Position numbers and translations under genes: made by a program
Assembly (NCBI GenBank): GCA_028286905.1
Contig: JAQBQP010000003.1
Span: 23,317 to 87,316, forward strand
Source: Candidatus Doudnabacteria bacterium
Lineage (GTDB): Bacteria > Patescibacteriota > Doudnabacteria > UBA920 > VMFF01
Direction of reading: 5' to 3'
DNA length: 64,000 nt
Notes under the pieces: model-generated
What the model was told of the DNA's origin: nothing
Seen by the model: the letters and a program-made list of their open reading frames with translations, nothing else
The model's database searches: none
In this document: piece by piece, positions 28,606-38,409 of the stretch
Numbering within the stretch: position 1 is the stretch's first letter
Layout of the letters: each line of letters begins with the position of its first letter

Positions 28606-30369
28606 CTAACTGTTTCTATTTCCGTGTAAAAGCATTTCTACGGCATGTTCCATTGAACCGGCAGGAGTAACTTCTCCACCGTTAATGAAGAATATTTCGT
28701 CAGCGTTTTCGATTGTGTTTAACCGATGCGCAATTATTACGCGAGTGGTTTCTTTCGGAAGTTTTTTAAGAATATCTTCGAGCAGTTGTTCGGTAACTGT
28801 ATCAATGTTTGCAGTAGCTTCATCAAGAATTAACAATTCAGGATTTCTTAACACCGCACGAATAAAGGCAATCAATTGTTTCTGACCTAAGCTCAGTGTT
28901 CCCCCGCTAGCAGAAACTTTTGTTTCTAGACCTTGGTCAAAAATGTTTAGCAATGTTTCTAAACCTGATTTTTTAATCACTTCTTCTAATTCTGGGATTG
29001 AATAATCTTTGTATTCAGGATTGCCGTAAAGAATATTGTCTCGAATTGTTCCGGTAAACATAAAAGGCTCTTGTAAAATAAACCCGATTTTTTTGGTACG
29101 CGCTGCCGGATCATAAGAACGGATATCTTTGCCATCCAAAAAAACAGTTCCTTCAGTTGGATCATACAAACGCGCCATCAAAGAAGCCGTAGTAGTTTTA
29201 CCGCCGCCAGTTGGACCAACCAAAGCGTAAGTTTTGCCGCGCTCCAATTCAAAGTTCACATTATGCAGAACAGTTTTGCCATCTGGATAACCGAAATTAA
29301 CGTTTTTAAAAGTTAAAAGCTTACTGTTCGGAGCTGATTCGTTTGATGGAACTGTTACTAAGTCAGATTGCAGATCGATAATATCGTGAATACGATCCCA
29401 GCCTGCTAACGCTGTTTGGAAATCCGACCAAATCGTTGCCATCTGTCTTAACGGGTTGTAAAGAATAATTACATAAGTTAAGAAGCTAATCAGCGCGCCG
29501 ATAGAAATTAAATGATGCGTAATCAAATATAATCCGTAGGCAATAATAATTAACTGAGCGATGCTTGAAGCAAAGCTGTAGGTGGGAGTTAAGGTATTGT
29601 TTGCAATTCCTGCGGAAACTGCAGAATCATAATTTACTTTATTAACTTCGGCGAATTTTTCTCTGAAATAATCCCGACGATTAAATGCTACCACTACTTT
29701 AAAATTTTCTAAATTTTCTTGAATCCCGGCACTCATTCCGCCAGTGCTTTTTAAATTGATTGCATTCTTTCTTTTAATCCAGCCTGAGAGAATCACAGTA
29801 ATAACTAGCAGAATGGCTGCAGGTGCAAGCATTGCCAAACCTAAGCGCCAATTAATTACCAGCACAAAAACGGCGGCGCCCACAATACTGATAATCCCGC
29901 TAACAAATTGGATTAAGCTTCGAGCAAAGAATTGGTTTAATTTATCAGTGTCATTGTTTATACGAGAAATTAAATCTCCAGCTTTATTTTGGTTAAAGAA
30001 CGCCACTGGCAACTCTTGCAGCTTATTAAATATTTCATTTCGCAGTTTAAACAATAGGTTTTGACCGATTGTACCCATCACTAAAGTTTGGAAATAATTC
30101 GCAATTGCAGCGCCGATGTATAAAGCTAACAAGTAACCTGAAAAAACTAAAACACCGTGGAAATTTCCAGTTTGAATATATTTATCGATTACTCTTGCAA
30201 CCAACAATGGCGCAACTAAAGTAAATCCGGCATTTACTAGTCCGGTGATTCCAGACAGAATCAATCTTTTTTTGTCATCTTTTAAAAGCGGGCCTAGTTT
30301 GCCAAGCGCCTCCATAAGACCAGCTTCTTTTTGTTCGCCGTGCGGCTTATTTAAGGTGTAATTATTCAT
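28606..30369 (-). CDS. ABC exporter, TMD-NBD subunit 2
   Basis: GPTGGGKTT, LSLGQKQ, LILDEAT, IAHRL. Confidence 0.9.
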   Translation of the reverse strand: MNNYTLNKPHGEQKEAGLMEALGKLGPLLKDDKKRLILSGITGLVNAGFTLVAPLLVARVIDKYIQTGNFHGVLVFSGYLLALYIGAAIANYFQTLVMGTIGQNLLFKLRNEIFNKLQELPVAFFNQNKAGDLISRINNDTDKLNQFFARSLIQFVSGIISIVGAAVFVLVINWRLGLAMLAPAAILLVITVILSGWIKRKNAINLKSTGGMSAGIQENLENFKVVVAFNRRDYFREKFAEVNKVNYDSAVSAGIANNTLTPTYSFASSIAQLIIIAYGLYLITHHLISIGALISFLTYVIILYNPLRQMATIWSDFQTALAGWDRIHDIIDLQSDLVTVPSNESAPNSKLLTFKNVNFGYPDGKTVLHNVNFELERGKTYALVGPTGGGKTTTASLMARLYDPTEGTVFLDGKDIRSYDPAARTKKIGFILQEPFMFTGTIRDNILYGNPEYKDYSIPELEEVIKKSGLETLLNIFDQGLETKVSASGGTLSLGQKQLIAFIRAVLRNPELLILDEATANIDTVTEQLLEDILKKLPKETTRVIIAHRLNTIENADEIFFINGGEVTPAGSMEHAVEMLLHGNRNS

Positions 30370-32134
30370 AGTGGTTCGTGCTTCGCTGTGAATTATAAAT
30401 TTGAACGTATTCTGGTGAGGTCTGCATTAATTGTTGATGGGTACCTGCGGCCAATACTTCCCCTTCCATCAACAAAATAACTTGATCATATTGTTCAATC
30501 GAAGAAATCTTCTGAGTCACTGAAATTAAGGTAATACCGGGATAATTTCTTGCGACATTCGCCAAAATCTTTTGCTCAGTCTTGTTATCGACTCGGGCAG
30601 TAAAATCATCCAACAAAAGAACTTTTGGATTAAGTGCCAGCGCTCTAGCAAGCATTATTCTTTGCTTCTGTCCGCCAGAAAGGCTGGTGCCTCTTTCCGA
30701 AACGATTGTTTCCAACCGCTCTGGAAGACTGTCAATAAAATCATGCAGCTCTGCGGTATCAATCGCCTTTTGCATTGCTTGGTCAGTAACTTTAGTATTG
30801 AAAGCGATGTTTTCTCTTAAGGTTAAATTAAAAATGATGCTGTCTTGAAAAACAAAACCGACCTGATTATGCAATGCTTCTTTTTGATACTTTTCAATAT
30901 TAATCGAATCATATTCAATCTCGCCGCTAGTTGGTTTAATTAAGCCAGTTAACAAGTACAGCAGCTGAGTTTTTCCAGCAGCCGTTGGGCCGATAATTGC
31001 TGTTTTTGTTCCGGCAGCCACGGTAAACGAAACATCCTTAAGTGCTTTCTTCTCTGCAAATGCTAAAGTAATATTTTTAACTGAGACCTCGCCTTTCAAA
31101 TGATCTTTAACCAAACCATCCTCTGCTGGTTCCGGAGCATCTAAAACCGCGCCGATTCTGCTATAAGATGCGGTTGCCTGAGCAATAACGTTGCTCATAA
31201 TTCCAATCACTAAAATCGGAAAAATCATCAAAGAAAGATAGGTGTTGAAGGCGGTAAAGTCTCCCAAGGTCATACTTCTTGCAATAACAAAGTGTCCACC
31301 AAGTAAGACAATAATTAAAGTGGCCATATTCACAAGAAATGTAATGGCAGGAATTAATCCGGCAAACATTCTTAAAATACTAAAACCAACATTGCGCGCT
31401 TGGGTATTTGCAGAAACAAATTTATCAAATTCCGGTTGTTGGGAATTTAGGACTCTTATCAAAGCCGAGCCTAAAATACTTTCATTAATAACTTTATTTA
31501 AACGATCAATTACTTCGCGCGAATTAATCATGAAGGTTCGAACTTTTTGAAGAACAATAAAAAATACCGCGCCAATCATTGGCACCACTGCGATAACCGC
31601 AAGCGCCAATTTCCAATTTATGCTCAAAAGCAAAATTGAAGCGCCAATTACTACAATAATCGAAGATACGATCGAAACGATCGCTTGGGCCACAAAAGTC
31701 TTAACTGAATCAATATCCGAAGTTAAGTTGGTAAGAATTTTACCTGGAGAAATTTCTTCAATGAAGGCAAAGCTTTGGCGAGAGATTTTTGCTGCCAAAT
31801 TTTCACGCATATCCTTAGCAACTTTTTCAGAAACAAATGTTTGCATGATGCTTTGAAAATAGGTAAAAGCAAAAATTACGAAGGCTACTCCGCCAAATTG
31901 CCAGATAAAAGTATTTACGTGGAAAGCGCCTTTAACATAGTGGTCGATTGAGTGTGAAATAATTTTAGGCAGAACCAGTCCCGCTGCGCTGCTGACCACT
32001 GCAAAAAAAGCCAAAATTGAAATTAGCTTAGTGTAAGGTTTTAAAACACTTATTAGGGTTGATTGCGGTTTATCCGGCTTATTTTCTTGCTTGTTTTTTT
32101 CCTTATTGAAGTTTTTTTGATTCGGTTTAGACAT
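30362..32134 (-). CDS. ABC exporter, TMD-NBD subunit 1 (degenerate site)
   Basis: GPTAAGKT, LSGGQKQR, LLLDD (E to D) and TQK (H to Q), typical of heterodimeric exporters. Confidence 0.9.
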   Translation of the reverse strand: MSKPNQKNFNKEKNKQENKPDKPQSTLISVLKPYTKLISILAFFAVVSSAAGLVLPKIISHSIDHYVKGAFHVNTFIWQFGGVAFVIFAFTYFQSIMQTFVSEKVAKDMRENLAAKISRQSFAFIEEISPGKILTNLTSDIDSVKTFVAQAIVSIVSSIIVVIGASILLLSINWKLALAVIAVVPMIGAVFFIVLQKVRTFMINSREVIDRLNKVINESILGSALIRVLNSQQPEFDKFVSANTQARNVGFSILRMFAGLIPAITFLVNMATLIIVLLGGHFVIARSMTLGDFTAFNTYLSLMIFPILVIGIMSNVIAQATASYSRIGAVLDAPEPAEDGLVKDHLKGEVSVKNITLAFAEKKALKDVSFTVAAGTKTAIIGPTAAGKTQLLYLLTGLIKPTSGEIEYDSINIEKYQKEALHNQVGFVFQDSIIFNLTLRENIAFNTKVTDQAMQKAIDTAELHDFIDSLPERLETIVSERGTSLSGGQKQRIMLARALALNPKVLLLDDFTARVDNKTEQKILANVARNYPGITLISVTQKISSIEQYDQVILLMEGEVLAAGTHQQLMQTSPEYVQIYNSQRSTNHYE

Positions 32135-32554
32135 CTATTTTAAATTTTCTATAATTTTAAGTTGTAGTTTTCGAAGTTGTTCCAACTCCGCATCGGTCAA
32201 AGATGAAAAGATCTTAACAAGCGATTCCATTCGTTTTTTCTTTGCTTGGTTTAAAATGGTCTTGCCTTTGGCGGTCAAAGAAACAACTACTTTTCTACGA
32301 TCAATTTTATCCTCTTCACGTTTAAGCATTCTATCTTTTACCAACCCATCTACTAACTGAGCGGCAGCGCTGGCCGTAATAGTGAAGCATTCAGCAAGTT
32401 CTTTGATGCTTTTATTGCCATCAGAAATGATCATCAGTAAAGACAACTGCGCCCTGGTAAGCGGCGCTTTGCCGGCATGGTCCCCTTTGAACATTAGCTT
32501 GCGCATTGAACCCATGCTTATTAATATTTCAGCGGTGATCTTATTTCGATCCAT
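32135..32554 (-). CDS. MarR-family transcriptional regulator
   Basis: LTRAQL...IKELAE...LVDGLV...DKIDRR...LTAKG. Confidence 0.9.
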   Translation of the reverse strand: MDRNKITAEILISMGSMRKLMFKGDHAGKAPLTRAQLSLLMIISDGNKSIKELAECFTITASAAAQLVDGLVKDRMLKREEDKIDRRKVVVSLTAKGKTILNQAKKKRMESLVKIFSSLTDAELEQLRKLQLKIIENLK

Positions 32555-32572
32555 AGGCTTTTTCGATTAAAT

Positions 32573-32621
32573 CAAATTACATTAGTTACTTCACTATATA
32601 GTAGCTAATGTAATTTGTCAA
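32573..32621 (-). promoter_or_regulatory. Promoter with overlapping inverted-repeat operator (likely the MarR site)
   Basis: CAAATTACATTAG...CTAATGTAATTTG inverted repeat spanning TTGACA-17-TATAGT on the minus strand. Confidence 0.8.
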
Positions 32622-32713
32622 TAATAAAAGACTGGGCGCAGCATCAAGAATCACGCCACTCAGTTTACCAAGGGTACTTTTTGCCTTTATGAAACTGTTT
32701 TCATAAAAATAAT

Positions 32714-33043
32714 TTAATCGTTTTCCAAAACCAACATCGGATAAATATCAATTACAACTTCTTCATACGGATGCACGGCTTTGATCGCTTTTATAAGACC
32801 CTCAACTTGATCACGTTCACAAGCGACTTCAACTCGTTCTTCAGCGACTGCTTCTAATTTACCCACTTCCCCAATTGCAGGATCAGCGCCTTGTTCCGGC
32901 TTGAATCGTCCGATTCCCTTAGTTGAGAAACTACAAAAAGTATAATTTCCTATTTTGCCGGCCCCGGCTTCGCCAATGCTTTGACGCAAAACATCGGCAT
33001 GAGTTTCTGGAACAAACACTACAATTTTTACAAATTCTTTCAT
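32714..33043 (-). CDS. Nif3/YqfO-associated PII-like domain protein
   Basis: KIVVFVP...AGAGKIGNY..CSF...G.G.F.P...HPYEEV. Confidence 0.85.
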   Translation of the reverse strand: MKEFVKIVVFVPETHADVLRQSIGEAGAGKIGNYTFCSFSTKGIGRFKPEQGADPAIGEVGKLEAVAEERVEVACERDQVEGLIKAIKAVHPYEEVVIDIYPMLVLEND

Positions 33044-33117
33044 AAAATGATTATAACAAAAAATACAAATCTCGGTAGAGCATAAATGCCGGATTTGTAT
33101 TTTCTGTTATTGTTCAA

Positions 33118-33579
33118 TTATTTTACTGAGTCAGCTGCATCTGTTGGATCAACAGCGCCGAGGTGACCGTGACCATGGCCACCTGCTTCGGTAGCGGTAA
33201 CGTTAAAGTTTCCATCCAACTTTACGGTTACTTCTGACCCGTCAGACTTAGTCATGTGCACTTCATAAGTAGCACCTTCTGCGTCGTTCTCAGCTCGATC
33301 GATGGTAGCGCCTGGAACAGCGGCTAGTGCAGCGGCGTTAGCTTTAGCTGCAACATCCCCTGTTAACAAGGTTTCCTTAACTCCATTCTGGCCGATATGT
33401 CCGCCCTTGGTGCGGTCGAACTGTCGGGCCGGAGAAGTGTTTGGGCTTGCGGTGGTCATGGCTGGGGTTGTTGTAGTGGTATCTGTAGCGGCATGTGTTT
33501 GAAATCCGATAGATACCATGGTCCCTGCCATTAGACCAACGCCTGTAAGCAATACTGCGGTCTTTTTTGATATATTCAA
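33118..33579 (-). CDS. Secreted PepSY-like protein
   Basis: Signal peptide; AALAAVPGATIDRAE...YEVHM...EVTVKLD. Confidence 0.75.
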   Translation of the reverse strand: MNISKKTAVLLTGVGLMAGTMVSIGFQTHAATDTTTTTPAMTTASPNTSPARQFDRTKGGHIGQNGVKETLLTGDVAAKANAAALAAVPGATIDRAENDAEGATYEVHMTKSDGSEVTVKLDGNFNVTATEAGGHGHGHLGAVDPTDAADSVK

Positions 33580-33648
33580 TAATTTACTCTCCTTATAATT
33601 ATTAATAATATTTCCTTCGGACTCGACCTATTGCCTCGAAGTAATATC

Positions 33649-33681
33649 ATCATAAGATTTGCCAATGAAGTGAAGATGAAG
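33649..33681 (-). promoter_or_regulatory. CTTCAT-N5-CTTCAT direct repeat 10 nt upstream of TATGAT
   Basis: Same geometry as the site at 36549-36581. Confidence 0.65.
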
Positions 33682-33752
33682 GAATAGATTTTGTTGTGGA
33701 TATTCTTTTTTCGCTCTAATCTGGCATTTGCTTATTCTGCGGGGTGTTTGTT

Positions 33753-35279
33753 TTATACCAATCCAGGGAAAAAATCAGTTTTAATGTTTTTGTACGAAAC
33801 CCCTATTTGAGAAAGTTCTTCCTTGATGGCGCTAACCATTTGATGCGATCCAGAAATATAAAATTTTCGTTCTTTAAAATCTGGAATCTCTTTACTAATC
33901 ATTGCAGCGTTTATAAAACCACGGGACCCACGCCATTCTTCTGGAATTCGATCCAGATCAGTAAGCGTATAGATCGTACTAAAACCTAACTGCTGATAAG
34001 CCTGATTAAACAATTCCCAATACGCTACTTCTTCAATCCTACGATTTGAATAAAGCATTTTAAGATCGCGCTTTTCGTTCTTGTCGACTAAATACTTAAT
34101 CATGCTTCGGAATGGCGTCACGCCAATACCACCGGCGATAAAAGCTAATTTATCTTCCTTGTTATTAGGCAAAGTAAATTCCCCTGCCAACTGGCCTGCG
34201 GTAATGACATCGCCTGGTTTTAAATTTAACATTTCTTTTTTAAAACTGCTGGAGTTTTCGTAAAATTTTACACCTAAGAGAACCTCTGATTCTGTCGGTG
34301 AAGAAGCAAGCGTAAAATATCTGCGATTGCCACGACTATCCGGCTTATTGTGTCCTAAGGTCCATTCCATATATTGACCGGCTTTGAACTTAAACTTTTT
34401 TTCAGTTTCCATAACAAAATCAAAAACTCCGGTACTCGCCTCTCTAACCTCTTTAATCACAAAAACGTGGCGCCCCTTTGGGCTTACTAGGTATGCAAAA
34501 ACGTTTCCAACTAATAACGCTAGCTCTGGGCTAAAATAAGTTTGCCCAAAGTGCACTAACGGGCTAAACAACATTCCAACTAAAACTCCATAAGCAATTC
34601 TGCCATCGCGATTGGGCGGCATCGTTAAAGGTTCAGTAAGCATTACAAAAACAAAAAATAACAGCGGTGAGCTACTAAAAGCTTTGAGCAACGAAGTAAC
34701 TATATGGCCATTTACGGAACCAATTGTTATTGTCGTTAAAATTACCGCGATTAAAAAAGCGACTGCCAAATCAAACTGGCGCAGTTTTCTTAGCATTAAA
34801 ATTCCACCAATTAAAACAAATGGCAACAGTGACGCCGTGCCAACCCACCAACTAGCAGAAGCGCCGATTGCTATTCCGGTAACCGCAACAGCTAAAGCCG
34901 CAGGATTAAAAATATGTTTTTTGCCAATATTTATTAAAAACTTTGATGCCATTGCGACAATACCAGCCAAAAAATAAAAAGGTAACACCGACAAATATTG
35001 CCCGCTTTCCGGCGGACTTATAATTAACGCCAAAATCAAAGCTGTAATAAGGGATGATTCAATGTTAATCGAAACTTTAAACAAGCTTCCTAAAACTTTA
35101 TTTGAAATCCAGCAAATTACAACCAAGATCAAACTGGAATAAATAATTGCAATTGGGGCGTAGGGCAAAATTGCTAAAGCGCTAAGTGCAACCGCCGCTA
35201 ACAATAAGCCAATTAAATAATAAAGTACCAGCCGGTACATTGTTATTCGATCAATAATTTTATCAATTAGTTTAAACAT
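33753..35279 (-). CDS. RnfD/NqrB-like membrane domain fused to an FNR-type NAD(P)H oxidoreductase
   Basis: KHIFNPAA and MLTEPLT membrane motifs; RRYFTLASSP, FIAGGIGVTPF, ends DFFPG; start MFKLID. Confidence 0.85.
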   Translation of the reverse strand: MFKLIDKIIDRITMYRLVLYYLIGLLLAAVALSALAILPYAPIAIIYSSLILVVICWISNKVLGSLFKVSINIESSLITALILALIISPPESGQYLSVLPFYFLAGIVAMASKFLINIGKKHIFNPAALAVAVTGIAIGASASWWVGTASLLPFVLIGGILMLRKLRQFDLAVAFLIAVILTTITIGSVNGHIVTSLLKAFSSSPLLFFVFVMLTEPLTMPPNRDGRIAYGVLVGMLFSPLVHFGQTYFSPELALLVGNVFAYLVSPKGRHVFVIKEVREASTGVFDFVMETEKKFKFKAGQYMEWTLGHNKPDSRGNRRYFTLASSPTESEVLLGVKFYENSSSFKKEMLNLKPGDVITAGQLAGEFTLPNNKEDKLAFIAGGIGVTPFRSMIKYLVDKNEKRDLKMLYSNRRIEEVAYWELFNQAYQQLGFSTIYTLTDLDRIPEEWRGSRGFINAAMISKEIPDFKERKFYISGSHQMVSAIKEELSQIGVSYKNIKTDFFPGLV

Positions 35280-36018
35280 AATATTTTTTGAAACCAGTGG
35301 TCTCAGTAGCAATCCGATCTTTATTAATTTGATAACCTTCAAGTCCAGCAATCTTTTCTATAAAATAAATTCCATCATTGCCCATTGCAAATGCTGCGGT
35401 CGCAAACCGATCTGCTTCATAAACATTTGGGCCTATTACCGTAATACTAACGACTTCGTTTAGTTTAACGTCTGAATCTTTTGGATTATAAATATGCGCT
35501 CCCCTAGTGTACGAACCTGAAGTTGCTAAGCCTTGATTATGCAACTGCAATACTTTCACGATTTCCTTTTTATCAAAAGGGTTTTGAATGCCAACCTGCC
35601 AGGCTTCCGCTTTTCTATTCGGACGCTGAACCTGAATGTCTCCTCCAGCATCAATATAATAATTTTTCGAACCATGCGATTCCAAAAGTTTTGCTGCGTT
35701 CAAGATTGCCCAGCCTTTAACTAATCCAGAGGGATCTAGTTTGTGATCTGGAGTATATACATCGAAATACCCTTCAGTTTGTTGCTTGGTTTGTTCCGAA
35801 AGCTCCAAGACTTCACGCATTTCTGCGCTATAATGTTCAACAGAAGTTTTTCCTTGGTTTATCAAGCTTACTTCACTAGTGTCTTTGTAGGTGCTAAATT
35901 TCTGATCAATAGAAATGAAATAATTAAATACTTTTTCAAGTAAACCAATGTCTGTTTGATCAAGCACCTCAATCGTAATCGGCATACCCATAATAATTCT
36001 AATGTCTTTCATTGGCAT
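35272..36018 (-). CDS. apbE: FAD:protein FMN transferase
   Basis: MGMPITI, DPSGLVKGW, DAGGDI, ATSGSY, HIYNP, ADRFATA. Confidence 0.9.
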   Translation of the reverse strand: MPMKDIRIIMGMPITIEVLDQTDIGLLEKVFNYFISIDQKFSTYKDTSEVSLINQGKTSVEHYSAEMREVLELSEQTKQQTEGYFDVYTPDHKLDPSGLVKGWAILNAAKLLESHGSKNYYIDAGGDIQVQRPNRKAEAWQVGIQNPFDKKEIVKVLQLHNQGLATSGSYTRGAHIYNPKDSDVKLNEVVSITVIGPNVYEADRFATAAFAMGNDGIYFIEKIAGLEGYQINKDRIATETTGFKKYYV

Positions 36019-36503
36019 TAAACTTTTGCTCTGGCTAAAGCTGCTGCTAAAGATTCACGAAAAGCATTACTTGTATCAGTCGCTCTGGAAACAATGTTAA
36101 CGTTTGCACTCTGCGCGGAGATTGCTTCAGATTTTAAAAGCGGCATTGCTCTGCTGTTAATCTGAATTGACTCGCGTTGATCATTTGGGTATTGCAAAAA
36201 CTGTACATCAGTCAATTTTCCATTCTGAATAACTGCACTAACTTGAATGTTCCCATAATAAGCATCGGCAATTGAGCCGGTATAACTGCCATCTTTATAT
36301 TGGCCATTTTGGATTGCAACCTTAACAGCTGCTGCTGGCGTTGAGCTGGATGGGGTTAGAGGAACTGTTATAGGAATAGCGCTAGACGTCGTTGTAGATG
36401 CTGTAGACGAAGCGACAGAGCTAGACTTAACAAGCCCGCGCTGATAGAACAGATGCAGAATAAATAACACCACCATTGAACCGCTCAATAAATACTTTTT
36501 CAT
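36018..36503 (-). CDS. Extracytosolic FMN-binding protein
   Basis: YKDGSYTG...YGNIQV...AQSANVNIVSRATDTS. Confidence 0.85.
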   Translation of the reverse strand: MKKYLLSGSMVVLFILHLFYQRGLVKSSSVASSTASTTTSSAIPITVPLTPSSSTPAAAVKVAIQNGQYKDGSYTGSIADAYYGNIQVSAVIQNGKLTDVQFLQYPNDQRESIQINSRAMPLLKSEAISAQSANVNIVSRATDTSNAFRESLAAALARAKV

Positions 36504-36548
36504 TCCTATATCCTTTTTAACAGTTTACTACATTTTAACATCCCAATC

Positions 36549-36581
36549 ATTATACATTTTATTGATGAAGATTTCATGAAG
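36549..36581 (-). promoter_or_regulatory. CTTCAT-N5-CTTCAT direct repeat 10 nt upstream of TATAAT
   Basis: Precedes the flavinylation operon; matches 33649-33681. Confidence 0.7.
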
Positions 36582-36656
36582 CGACAAAAAGGAACATCAA
36601 TCGAAGATCAATGTTCCGTTTACTTTTGCCTGGCGACCGGATTGACCGCCAGTTGA

Positions 36657-37202
36657 TTAAGCACTTCCCTGCAACGAATTAGTATTATTTAAAATAGATT
36701 TCGCTTCCTCTTCTCGCGCAGTCCAACTTTCTGGTTTTAACGCTGCAAAGTTTGTTTTAATTATTTCTTGTAGTTCTGCTGGCATCGCTTTAGTAAAATT
36801 ACCAGAGTAGGTAAAGCGCAGTTTTTTCTGCCAATCAGCAGGCAGCAACCCTCGAATTTGGGGCATTACTTCTTGAGGTGCAAACAAATAAAACCAATCG
36901 AACTTATTATCTCGGGAAAGTTCTTCGACTTTAGTTTTAAATTGCACTGAGAAATCGTGCCGCTCACCGGTATCCTTCTTTTCATTATCGGACGAAGTTC
37001 CCAGCGCAGATATAGAATTGTCGCGACCCCGATAACCTTCGGCGTCTGTGTAAACAGTATGTTCGACATGCACTACCGGTTCCGGAGTTAATCGACCATC
37101 TTCAAATTTATACATCTTAGCAATATGCTCGCCGCTAACAATTATTAAAGAGGTTTCATCTTGCAAGGGTTCCTGGTAAGTATCGTTGTGGTATATTTCC
37201 AT
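36657..37202 (-). CDS. Host-attachment / baeRF-like protein
   Basis: LIIVSG..AKMY, FYLFAP, GNFTK pattern; recognised only loosely. Confidence 0.5.
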   Translation of the reverse strand: MEIYHNDTYQEPLQDETSLIIVSGEHIAKMYKFEDGRLTPEPVVHVEHTVYTDAEGYRGRDNSISALGTSSDNEKKDTGERHDFSVQFKTKVEELSRDNKFDWFYLFAPQEVMPQIRGLLPADWQKKLRFTYSGNFTKAMPAELQEIIKTNFAALKPESWTAREEEAKSILNNTNSLQGSA

Positions 37203-37321
37203 AAGGTTTTATTTTAATGCTTTCATTTATTGTATCGCGGCAACGAATTTAAGCTATAGGAAGATCTCACAATAAAAAAACAGCACCCGCCGAATGCTTA
37301 TTGCACTCGGCGGGCGACGTC

Positions 37322-38263
37322 CTATTCGGACTCATAGTCGAGCAAGGCCATCATTGGATAATGGTCGCTCGGATAGATTCCCCCTTTGTTGTCTTTCACA
37401 AGTACGCTGTTCAGAACCTTGAAGCCACGAACGAAGATCCATTCGGTATCCCAGGTTCCCCAACCATCTCCCCGATAGTCCACTCCCTGGAAACCGTGGT
37501 AAGTCATCGGCCGGCGCAACGAAGTCAGCTGACCCAACACCCTCCCCTGATTTGGATCATAGGGATGAGCAGCAATCCAGGTGTCGGTAAATCCGGCCTT
37601 GACCATCATGTCGTAGGGCCGGCGCATATCTGGATCCCCCCAACTGCGTTTTTCGGGATCTGCCCAACGCTGGTGCGGCGAGCCAAGAGTGCCCTGAGGC
37701 GAGCCCACGCTGACATTGCTGTCAGCAGTGATAATCGTCGGCAAAGGCCGATTTGAGCGAAAATTTCCTTCAGCAAACTGCAAAATCAATCGCACGCCTT
37801 CAGCCCGAGCAACTATTCCTTTGTTGTCCAAGTGAGCGTTGATGTGCAGAAAGGTTCTTCTCATTGCCCGATCTAAAACAAGCACCCAACTAGCACCGTG
37901 CTCGACGACGCCATCCCAACCCTTCTTGTAGCTACCATCGTCGCTGAGCCAGAAAGTCCCCCGCTCAATCAGTTCGAAACGAACCGGGTCGAAAGCAATC
38001 GGATTGATGAAAATGTCACCGGCCTCTTCGCCGTAGTAGACATCCATCTCGGGATGACCTCGATGCAAACTGTTCCAGCTGTTACGCTGCTCAGGGTTTT
38101 CCGGATCTTTGCGACCAAATTCCTGGAAACCCACCAAACCGACCGGCATGTTGCCAAACACTTCGGTGGCAAGATCGGCTCGCTGCTTCCACCCCATCCA
38201 CGCCTGGCCAGCAACGTTGAACGTCGCCACCCAGAACAATGAACCATCCGGTTTGATAACCAA
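37322..38263 (-). CDS. Endonuclease/exonuclease/phosphatase (EEP) family protein, GC-rich
   Basis: ATFNV, GFQE, GTFWLS, NAHLD, TADSN, PSDHYP. Confidence 0.85.
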   Translation of the reverse strand: MVIKPDGSLFWVATFNVAGQAWMGWKQRADLATEVFGNMPVGLVGFQEFGRKDPENPEQRNSWNSLHRGHPEMDVYYGEEAGDIFINPIAFDPVRFELIERGTFWLSDDGSYKKGWDGVVEHGASWVLVLDRAMRRTFLHINAHLDNKGIVARAEGVRLILQFAEGNFRSNRPLPTIITADSNVSVGSPQGTLGSPHQRWADPEKRSWGDPDMRRPYDMMVKAGFTDTWIAAHPYDPNQGRVLGQLTSLRRPMTYHGFQGVDYRGDGWGTWDTEWIFVRGFKVLNSVLVKDNKGGIYPSDHYPMMALLDYESE

Positions 38264-38349
38264 TCTCGCACCCTTTGCTAAAGTGTGAACTGCCTATGCA
38301 GCGGCATAGGCGATTTATGATTATATCGAATTTTGAAAGAAAAGCAAAA

Positions 38350-38386
38350 CAAGAGTCATCTAATCGTTACGATCAGATGACTCTTG
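38350..38386 (-). terminator. Terminator after the pilin gene
   Basis: CAAGAGTCATCT / AGATGACTCTTG stem. Confidence 0.7.
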
Positions 38387-38409
38387 TGAAAAGCTATAAA
38401 AAAAATTAA

